Made by a program: the position numbers and the translations under genes. The notes beneath the pieces were generated by a model, which did no database searches, had not been told where the DNA came from, and saw nothing but the letters and a program-made list of their open reading frames with translations. A DNA stretch of 35,795 bases from contig DBJV01000071.1 in the NCBI GenBank assembly GCA_002297185.1, positions 1 through 35,795 on the forward strand, in the 5' to 3' direction. Shown piece by piece: positions 24,661 to 31,522 of this stretch. Origin of the DNA: Christensenella sp. UBA767 (GTDB taxonomy: Bacteria > Bacillota > Clostridia > Christensenellales > CAG-917). The stretch's first letter is position 1, and each line of letters opens with the position of its first letter.

Positions 24661-24775
24661 CGATATCGGAATTTTCCGCAACTCGCACGAAGTGCGAATA
24701 TCACTTTTAGCCGAAGGCTAAAAATATCACTCTCGCAAAGCGAGAATATCACTTGCGCTTTGTGCAAATATCACT
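24661..24775 (+). repeat. Hairpin/AATATCACT phased array 2 (4 exact 9-mers)
   Basis: Leader is atatCGGAATTTTCCGcaact. 9-mers start at 24697, 24723, 24745 and 24767. Hairpins are cgcac/gtgcg, tttagcc/ggctaaa, ctcgc/gcgag and tgcgc/gtgca. Confidence 0.9.
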
Positions 24776-24849
24776 TTTCTCTAAATTGCCATGAGAAATG
24801 TTTATTTACTCCTCGCAATTATATTGGATAAAAGTAAAAGGATTTCGTT

Positions 24850-25692
24850 TTGAACATACAATGGTTTCCCGGTCATATGACCAAGGCGATAAGAATGATG
24901 GAGGACAATCTCCGTCTTGTCGATGCGCTAATATACGTAATCGACGCAAGGGCAGTTTACTCTTGCGATAACCCTCTTTTCAACAAACTTTTGCAAGGTA
25001 AGAGGGTACTTTACGTATTCAACAAGTGTGATTTGGTGGAAAAATCCGACCTTGACGCATGGTGCGAACTTTTCAAAAAGCAGGGCAAACCGTATGTCAA
25101 AGCAATCGGCACGAGCGGCGACTGCTCACAAATCGTTGCAGGCTTAAAGCAAGTCGTGTCCGACAAGATCGAAAAATACGCCGCAAAAGGCGCGAAAATA
25201 TCCGTTAGAGCAATGGTTGTCGGTGTTCCCAACAGCGGAAAATCCACAATCATCAACTCAATGGTCAAAAAAGCAAAAGCGGTTACGGGCGACCGCCCGG
25301 GCGTTACGAGAGGTAAGCAATGGCTGTCAATCGACAATGTTGACTTTTTGGACACTCCCGGTACGCTCTGGGGCAAATTCGAAGATCAAAAAGTTGCGCA
25401 TCACCTTGCGTACATCGGCTCAATCAGAGACGATATCCTTGACGAAAGCGAACTTGCATACGATTTCCTCGACGAAATGAAATTGCTTTATCCGCAAAAT
25501 TTGCAACAAAGATACAACTTGCCCGAACTTAAAGAGCAAACGATTGATATTTTTGAAGATATCGCAATGTCACGCGGTTTCAAGGTGAAGGGCAACCAAC
25601 CCGACTACGACCGCACGGCACGAATGATAATCGACGAGTTCCGCAAAGGAAAACTGGGAAAAATGATGTTAGAACGCCCCGCCAAATTATAA
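24850..25692 (+). CDS. rbgA: Ribosome biogenesis GTPase A (YlqF)
   Basis: IQWFPGHMTKA, circularly permuted GTPase motifs NKCDL then GVPNSGKST then DTPG. TTG start after AAAGGA. Confidence 0.92.
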   Translation: MNIQWFPGHMTKAIRMMEDNLRLVDALIYVIDARAVYSCDNPLFNKLLQGKRVLYVFNKCDLVEKSDLDAWCELFKKQGKPYVKAIGTSGDCSQIVAGLKQVVSDKIEKYAAKGAKISVRAMVVGVPNSGKSTIINSMVKKAKAVTGDRPGVTRGKQWLSIDNVDFLDTPGTLWGKFEDQKVAHHLAYIGSIRDDILDESELAYDFLDEMKLLYPQNLQQRYNLPELKEQTIDIFEDIAMSRGFKVKGNQPDYDRTARMIIDEFRKGKLGKMMLERPAKL

Positions 25693-25776
25693 GTGGAGTA
25701 TTCCACAATTTGCACGCGCAGTAACGAAATGGTGGGACACCCACACCCAATGTAAATGCTATGGAATATTCCATTT

Positions 25777-25876
25777 GTCATTCCGAGGGAACGAAGTGAC
25801 CGTGGGAATCCAGCGTAGCGTTATGCGCCTACGGCTAGATTGCCACGTCGCAATATGTATTGCTCCTCGCAATGAC
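25777..25876. repeat. Pair of inverted REP-like palindromic units (BIME-like)
   Basis: Unit 1 (+) is gtcattCCgagg-N12-cgtgGGaatc (25777-25810). Unit 2 (-) is gtcattGCgagg-N17-cgtgGCaatc (25838-25876). The CC/GG versus GC/GC difference is compensatory. Confidence 0.7.
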
Positions 25877-25885
25877 ATAAGGAAG

Positions 25886-26022
25886 ATTGAAATATTCCAA
25901 AACTCGCACAAAGTGCGAATATCACTTTTTGTGAAAGCAAAAAATATCACTTGCGCTGAGCGCAAATATCACTCTCGCAACGCGAGAATATCACTGCACG
26001 TTTAGTGCAATATCGTTTCACT
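25886..26022 (+). repeat. Hairpin/AATATCACT phased array 3 (4 exact 9-mers plus 1 degenerate)
   Basis: Leader is TTGAAATATTCCAAaact. 9-mers start at 25918, 25943, 25965 and 25987, with degenerate aatatcgtttcact at 26009. Hairpins are cgcac/gtgcg, ttttgt-gaaa-gcaaaa, tgcgc/gcgca, ctcgc/gcgag and gcac/gtgc. Confidence 0.9.
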
Positions 26023-26023
26023 T

Positions 26024-26632
26024 ATGGTAAAACCTGAAGAACTAATGACGTATGAAAATCAACTTCTCGACAAAGGTTATCGCTATATTTGCGGCGTCGA
26101 TGAAGTGGGCAGAGGACCGCTTGCAGGTCCTGTTACTTGCACTGCCGTGATTATGGATTTGACCGATTTGATTGACGGCGTAAACGACAGCAAAAAGGTG
26201 AGCAAAAAGAAGAGGGAAAAACTCTTCGAAGTCATCAAATCCAAGGCGATTGCGGTATCCACCGTATCGTACGACAATCACAAAATTGATGAGATGAACA
26301 TTCTCAACGCCACAAAAGCGTGCATGGCGGAGGCAATCATGTCTCTCGACGTCAAGCCGGATATCGTAATCGTCGATGCGTTGCAACTCGATATTCCGTA
26401 TAAAACGTTCGGAATTATCCACGGCGACGCACTTTCTTATTCCATCGCGTCCGCATCCATAATCGCAAAAGTCACGAGAGACACGTATATGGAGAAGATG
26501 GCGCTCAAGTATCCTCAATACGACTTTGAACACAATATGGGTTACGGCACGGCAAAGCATATCGCAGCGCTCAAAGAGTTCGGCGCAACGCCCATTCATA
26601 GAAAGAGTTTTATAGGTAATTTCGTCAAATGA
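26024..26632 (+). CDS. rnhB: Ribonuclease HII
   Basis: GVDEVGRGPLAGPV and DSKK motifs. No SD precedes ATG 26024; an in-frame ATG at 26045 is an alternative start. Confidence 0.9.
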   Translation: MVKPEELMTYENQLLDKGYRYICGVDEVGRGPLAGPVTCTAVIMDLTDLIDGVNDSKKVSKKKREKLFEVIKSKAIAVSTVSYDNHKIDEMNILNATKACMAEAIMSLDVKPDIVIVDALQLDIPYKTFGIIHGDALSYSIASASIIAKVTRDTYMEKMALKYPQYDFEHNMGYGTAKHIAALKEFGATPIHRKSFIGNFVK

Positions 26633-27105
26633 ACACAAAGCAAATAGGCGATATAGGCGAGAAAATCGCGCGCGACGTATATAAGGAAAGAGGCTATAAA
26701 ATCCTTGAAACCAACGCCATATATTCGGACTGTGAAGTGGATTTGATTTGCGAATGCTACGTTGACGAAAACGGCAATCTAATCCGCTCGAATGATAAAA
26801 ACCGTATATCTAAATTTCTTGAAAAACTCGGCGCGAAACACACGAAATCCGAGAAAGTCAAAGGCGAAAGAACGATAGTTTTTTGTGAGGTAAAGACGAG
26901 ATACGGCGAGGATATGGGCGCACCCGAAGAGGCGGTTACTCCGTACAAAGTCGGCAGGTACGTTACGGCTGCAAAAGCGTATATATCGTGGCATAAGGCT
27001 ACCGACGCAAACGTGCGTTTCGATATATTCACGGTAGGAGAGCAAGGGTATAATCTCATAGAAAACGCATTCACGGAAAACGACGCAAAATACAAAAGAA
27101 GATGA
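26629..27105 (+). CDS. yraN: YraN-family (UPF0102) endonuclease-like protein with an internal insertion
   Basis: GEKIARDVYKERGYKILETN...EVDLI...VFCEVKTR. Overlaps the rnhB stop (ATGA). 158 aa, versus about 120 typical as I recall it. Confidence 0.75.
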   Translation: MNTKQIGDIGEKIARDVYKERGYKILETNAIYSDCEVDLICECYVDENGNLIRSNDKNRISKFLEKLGAKHTKSEKVKGERTIVFCEVKTRYGEDMGAPEEAVTPYKVGRYVTAAKAYISWHKATDANVRFDIFTVGEQGYNLIENAFTENDAKYKRR

Positions 27106-27162
27106 GAATTGCATAAAATTTCAAAAAAATCATTAAAATCCGCATTTTTATTGTATTTTTGC

Positions 27163-27265
27163 TTGTTTATATATTTATTTTATGTTAATATAACACGCGT
27201 GACTCGGATGTTCCGCTGGCAAGAGAGACTTGTGTAAGAACATTTGGTAAAATTAGGAGGTCAGT
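27163..27265 (+). promoter_or_regulatory. rplS promoter and structured 5' leader (possible L19 autoregulatory leader)
   Basis: TTGTTT, 17 nt, TGTTAATAT (extended -10, 27183-27191). The ~68-nt leader has competing pairings: cgga/tccg, acac/gtgt and atgttc/gaacat. Family assignment was not verified. Confidence 0.3.
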
Positions 27266-27604
27266 ATGAACATTATCGACACAATCGAAAGAGAAGGCAT
27301 GAAACAAAACTTGCCTGTAATCGCAATCGGCGACCAAGTCAAGGTAAACGTCAAGGTCGTTGAAGGAACAAGAGAACGTATTCAAACTTACGAAGGCGTT
27401 GTCATTGCAAAGAAGAACGGCGGTATCCGTGAAACCATCGTCGTACGTCGTGTTACATTCGGCGTTGGCGTTGAAAGAACGTTCCCGATCCATTCACCCA
27501 AGATCGACAGCATCCAAGTTGTCCGTCACGGCAAAGTAAGACGCGCAAAACTTTATTACTTGAAAGAAAGAACCGGTAAAGCCGCAAAACTCAAAGAAGT
27601 CTAA
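27266..27604 (+). CDS. rplS: 50S ribosomal protein L19
   Basis: [28 protein letters not shown]...[19 protein letters not shown] is AGGAGG. Confidence 0.95.
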   Translation: MNIIDTIEREGMKQNLPVIAIGDQVKVNVKVVEGTRERIQTYEGVVIAKKNGGIRETIVVRRVTFGVGVERTFPIHSPKIDSIQVVRHGKVRRAKLYYLKERTGKAAKLKEV

Positions 27605-27632
27605 TCGGCAACCGTTTTTCGAGAGGAATAAA

Positions 27633-29750
27633 ATGAAGAAAAAGTTGATTATTATAAGTGCAATGGTGCTAGTTGTTATGCTAGCACTTTTCGCATTTAC
27701 CGCTTGCAACAACGATACGAGCGACGTCGGTGAAGAGCTTATCACCAACGGCAACTTCTCGGCATTCAAAGACAAGAAGTTTGACGGTTGGACGACGTCG
27801 TCCTCAAGCACGGTATTCGGCGCGGCAAACGAGTCGGACGATAGCGACAATCAAACGCTTTACATCGACAACTCTTCCGCAGGATACAACTATCTCAAAC
27901 AAACGGTCAAAGTTTCCACGAACAAGATTTACAAAGTCACCGTCGATTTCAAAATCAATGCGGAATTGTCCAACAAAACGGGCGCATACGTGACTTTCCT
28001 TGAAAACGTTGACTACAAATTCATCGCTCACAGCGAAAAAACGCCGGGATTTGTTACCAGCACTTTCTACGTAAGACCGAAGAATACGGACTACCTCACA
28101 ATCGCCCTCTGCTTGGGTTCCGAGGAAAACAACTGCAAAGGCAAAGTGTATTTCGACAACGTGTCTATGCAAAGAGTTGAAGAGGCTCCGGAAGGTTTCA
28201 CCGTTTATGACTTCAAGAAGGCAAGAACGGTCAACACCAACACCAACGCAAGCGGTATTACGTTTGTCGTGATGCTTACGGTATTCGGCGTGGCAGCACT
28301 TGCTCTCGCTTACATCCTCGTAAGACGCACGTATGCAAGAAAGGACGCATTCGTCGATTTCGGCACGACGTCAGTCTATGACAAGAAAGCAAAGACGACG
28401 GTGAAGTGGTATCAAAACAACTGGTTCATCTTAGTGATGATTTTGCTCGGCGCATTCCTTACAAGACTTGCATTCTTGCTCTCCATGTACGGCATGGGCG
28501 GCGACATGACAAGTGTCATCACTCTTGCAAAGAACACGCTCGCGGCAAAGAACGGTTTGTTCAACTACTACGCAAACAACGCAAGCTCCGCATACGCACC
28601 GGGCGCACTCTATATCCTCACGATTTTGGGCTATGCAAGCAAGAACCTTGACCTTATGTCAACTTCCATCTTGCTCCGCTTTATCAACGTGATTGCGGAT
28701 ATGGCTGTTGTCGCAATGATTTTCTGCTACGGTAAGAAATACGTCGGCAACAAACTCGCAACGATTTATGCAGGACTTTACGCACTCCTTCCGTTCGCGC
28801 TCCTCTCAAGCAGTATCAGCGCAACGTTTGAAAGTGTGCTTATCGCACTCATCATCGCGTCTCTCATTTTGATGATAGAGAAGAAGTACATCTCCACGTA
28901 TTTCGTTATGACGCTTGCGGCAGTCCTCGACATCAGAGCGCTTGCAATTGCACCTATCATCGTCGGCTACTTTGTGTATATGTACATCAAAGACAACGAC
29001 AACAAGAAGAAATTCACTTCCAACAGAGCGAAAATCGTCTTTGGTCTTGTGGCAACTATCGTTTTGGCATACTTGCTCACACTTCCGGCGGCTATCAACC
29101 AAGTCAAGGCAGGGGACGCATTCTTCGGCTTTAAGGTTATGGTCAACGAGATGACCAACACCTTGTATTTCACAAGAGACGCATTCAACCTCTACGGTAT
29201 GGTTGCGATGAACGGCAAGTACTCACAACAAAGCGTCAACATCCTCAACCTCATCTTCTTGCTCGTACTCGAGGCATACGTTATCTCGCTTTATTTCAAG
29301 AATCGCAACAAACAAGAACTCTTGTTGCTCGCGTCCTTCACACTTGCGGTTATCGCAGTGTTCACAATCAAAGTGACATACACGTATCTCTATTTGTCAC
29401 TCGCTCTCGCACTCATGTACACCATGGTAAGCGGCGACAAGAGAATGTTCCTCGTCTCCGGCGGTATCGCGACGCTTGGCTTTATCAACTATGGTCAACT
29501 TATGAACCAAAGCGGTTTTGTCAAACTCGGTCAAGTTACAAGCGCAGTTATGAGCTTTGAGACGACAAGCCCGTTCTACATCGTGTTCAGCGTGGCGGCA
29601 GTACTCCTCATCGGCTACTATGCTTACGTGACGTACTCCATCACCAACAACACCAAGATTGTGGATATCAAAGCAATGCCTCAATCTCTCACAGCGACGT
29701 TAAAGAACTTCTTTATGACAAAAGTAGAGAAGAAGAAAGACGTTGAATAA
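27633..29750 (+). CDS. Membrane protein with signal/lipobox-like N-terminus, CBM_4_9-like beta-sandwich domain and polytopic GT-C-like (PMT_2/GT87-like) glycosyltransferase domain
   Basis: MKKKLIIISAMVLVVMLALFAFTAC, then NGNFS...W...KVYFDNVSMQRV (CBM4/9-type pattern), then roughly 12 or more TM segments. The first outside loop carries GGDM...YAPGALYIL. Function is inferred from pattern only. Confidence 0.45.
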   Translation: MKKKLIIISAMVLVVMLALFAFTACNNDTSDVGEELITNGNFSAFKDKKFDGWTTSSSSTVFGAANESDDSDNQTLYIDNSSAGYNYLKQTVKVSTNKIYKVTVDFKINAELSNKTGAYVTFLENVDYKFIAHSEKTPGFVTSTFYVRPKNTDYLTIALCLGSEENNCKGKVYFDNVSMQRVEEAPEGFTVYDFKKARTVNTNTNASGITFVVMLTVFGVAALALAYILVRRTYARKDAFVDFGTTSVYDKKAKTTVKWYQNNWFILVMILLGAFLTRLAFLLSMYGMGGDMTSVITLAKNTLAAKNGLFNYYANNASSAYAPGALYILTILGYASKNLDLMSTSILLRFINVIADMAVVAMIFCYGKKYVGNKLATIYAGLYALLPFALLSSSISATFESVLIALIIASLILMIEKKYISTYFVMTLAAVLDIRALAIAPIIVGYFVYMYIKDNDNKKKFTSNRAKIVFGLVATIVLAYLLTLPAAINQVKAGDAFFGFKVMVNEMTNTLYFTRDAFNLYGMVAMNGKYSQQSVNILNLIFLLVLEAYVISLYFKNRNKQELLLLASFTLAVIAVFTIKVTYTYLYLSLALALMYTMVSGDKRMFLVSGGIATLGFINYGQLMNQSGFVKLGQVTSAVMSFETTSPFYIVFSVAAVLLIGYYAYVTYSITNNTKIVDIKAMPQSLTATLKNFFMTKVEKKKDVE

Positions 29751-29768
29751 TTCAAACAAATCAAATGT

Positions 29769-29798
29769 TAAAAGCGACGCTCATTGAGCGTCGCTTTT
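29769..29798. terminator. Bidirectional rho-independent terminator
   Basis: aaaagcgacgctca-t-tgagcgtcgctttt is a 10-bp GC-rich stem with flanking A and T runs. It lies between convergent genes. Confidence 0.75.
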
Positions 29799-29805
29799 AT
29801 ATAAA

Positions 29806-30051
29806 TCAATCTAAATCTAAATTGCTTGGGTCAAACGAACTATCGTTCAAGAACTCGCTTACCGAAATTCCTAAACCACTTGCCAACATAATTACTGTCT
29901 TGCGTGTAATATTCTTTGTGCGACGTTGCATAATGCTTTTTATTGTCGCAAAGGGGATACCGCTCAATGCCGAAAGGCGATATTGAGTAATCTTTTGCTC
30001 ATCCATATAATGATACAGACGATTTACAACGACATCATTTATATTGTCCAT
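29806..30051 (-). CDS. XRE-family (Cro/C1-type) HTH transcriptional regulator
   Basis: 81 aa. ITQYRLSALSGIPFATIKSIM matches the helix-turn-helix pattern. Confidence 0.8.
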   Translation of the reverse strand: MDNINDVVVNRLYHYMDEQKITQYRLSALSGIPFATIKSIMQRRTKNITRKTVIMLASGLGISVSEFLNDSSFDPSNLDLD

Positions 30052-30172
30052 AGTTTTATTCTATATTATGAAATAAAATAGATAGGATGATACATCATTC
30101 TTTTGGTTGACAAATCATCCCAATTTCAATAAAATAGGATTACAAATAGTCCTAAATAAGGGGAACTGCATT

Positions 30173-30532
30173 ATGGAAAACGAACATGAGATTGAACAAG
30201 AGAATGAACAAGGCAATGAGCAAGTGTTGAAACTTAACACTAAGAGAGTTGCAGCGGTAATAATCGTAGCAATCGTTCTATTGACTATTATTCTTGTAAT
30301 TTTAGCAATTGCAACGAAGGTAACGAAATCAAATTATGACCAAATTGAAATGGGAATGTATATGTGTGATGTTGTTGATATTTTAGGATCAAATTACTCG
30401 GTGCAATCATCAAGTGAAGTCGCATCACATACTTCGGATATTTTGGTATGGACGAACAACTATAAAAATAAATCGATAGTTATTACATTTGTGGATGGGA
30501 AAGTAATTTCAAAGGCACAATCAGGTTTATAA
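30173..30532 (+). CDS. Small membrane-anchored protein, DUF3862/SmpA-OmlA-like C-terminal domain
   Basis: Acidic N-terminus, one TM (VAAVIIVAIVLLTIILVILAIA), then SNYDQIEMGMYMCDVVDILG. Start is ATG 30173 after AAGGGG. Promoter is TTGACA, 17 nt, TAAAAT at 30108-30136. Confidence 0.55.
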   Translation: MENEHEIEQENEQGNEQVLKLNTKRVAAVIIVAIVLLTIILVILAIATKVTKSNYDQIEMGMYMCDVVDILGSNYSVQSSSEVASHTSDILVWTNNYKNKSIVITFVDGKVISKAQSGL

Positions 30533-30562
30533 AAAAATAACGGCACGAGCCGTTATTTTTTA
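30531..30562. terminator. Bidirectional rho-independent terminator
   Basis: aaaaaaataacggc-acga-gccgttatttttt. Confidence 0.7.
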
Positions 30563-30576
30563 TAGCAAATATTATT

Positions 30577-31392
30577 TTATTTTTTCTTCGGTAAGTTCTT
30601 TTCGGGACATTTGAAGGGCATAAACTTGCCTGCGAGTGAGTCAACGTATTCAGCATCCAAGTTCTCAAAGATTATGTTGTTGGCGTATTTCGTTGCGTCC
30701 TCGATGCGTTCCTTGCTGTTGATTGTCCACATTAAAATCGGCACTTTTTTGCCCCATTTCACGATATATTTGTTTTCGGGAAGTACGCGATCCACCGCAC
30801 GCACGTCGTATGCGATAAAGTCGGGCTTTGTAATCTTGTTTATCCAAAGTTTGCCCATAAAGTCGGTTGCCCACCATCTGTTGCGCTTTCCGTCGGGGGA
30901 GCACCAAGTGCAAAGTTCGCCAACGGCGTATTTGCTATGGCGTTTTGCATACAGAACTGCGCCGAAGTCAAAGGATTGAAGTGCAATGTTGCCTTTGTAG
31001 CCGACTTCGTTGAGAACTTTGATCGTTTCTCTCACGATTGTGTGATTGAAAGGATTGATACCTTTAATCTCGCACAAAATGCCTACTTGACCGTTGACAA
31101 GTTCCAAAAATTCCTTGAAAGTCGGCATAACGTACTCGGAATTTGCAAGCGGATACGTCTTAAGTTCTGCAAGAGTGCAGTCCTTGATAAGTTTGTCAAC
31201 GCCGCACACACGTTTGAGACTATCGTCGTGGAAAACCACCACTTCGCCGTCTTTTGTTACATGCACGTCGATTTCGATATTGAACCCGTGTTTAATAGCC
31301 TCTGCGTATGCAGGCATGCTGTTTTCGGGGTATCTATCGTCGTGAAGTCCGCGGTGTGCTATCGGTCTATCGAAAAGCCATTGAAAATCCAT
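30577..31392 (-). CDS. Glycerophosphodiester phosphodiesterase family protein
   Basis: IAHRGL...ENS...E.D (GDPD N-terminal catalytic motifs) and [11 protein letters not shown] is AAGGAAG. Confidence 0.85.
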   Translation of the reverse strand: MDFQWLFDRPIAHRGLHDDRYPENSMPAYAEAIKHGFNIEIDVHVTKDGEVVVFHDDSLKRVCGVDKLIKDCTLAELKTYPLANSEYVMPTFKEFLELVNGQVGILCEIKGINPFNHTIVRETIKVLNEVGYKGNIALQSFDFGAVLYAKRHSKYAVGELCTWCSPDGKRNRWWATDFMGKLWINKITKPDFIAYDVRAVDRVLPENKYIVKWGKKVPILMWTINSKERIEDATKYANNIIFENLDAEYVDSLAGKFMPFKCPEKNLPKKK

Positions 31393-31522
31393 AAGAAACT
31401 TCCTTTATATTATTTCATTCTTGTTGATAAAATTCTATATTTCATTTATAATAAAGTCAATAGTTTTGAAAATTTTATCAAAATTTTTGCGTAATTGCAA
31501 AGTTTTGGTGAGTGAGGACGCT

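Noticed and set aside
19885-26022. Reading the three AATATCACT arrays as CRISPR arrays
   Set aside because: The repeat is only 9 nt. The 'spacers' are 13-17 nt and self-complementary, and they recur between arrays. There are no cas genes or CRISPR-type leader, and the arrays sit inside housekeeping operons.
27633-31392. Treating the GT-C protein, XRE, small membrane protein and GDPD as one novel multi-gene system
   Set aside because: The genes are on alternating strands and separated by strong bidirectional terminators. There is no evidence of co-transcription. Any functional link (wall-polymer modification) is speculative and is mentioned only within the GT-C finding.
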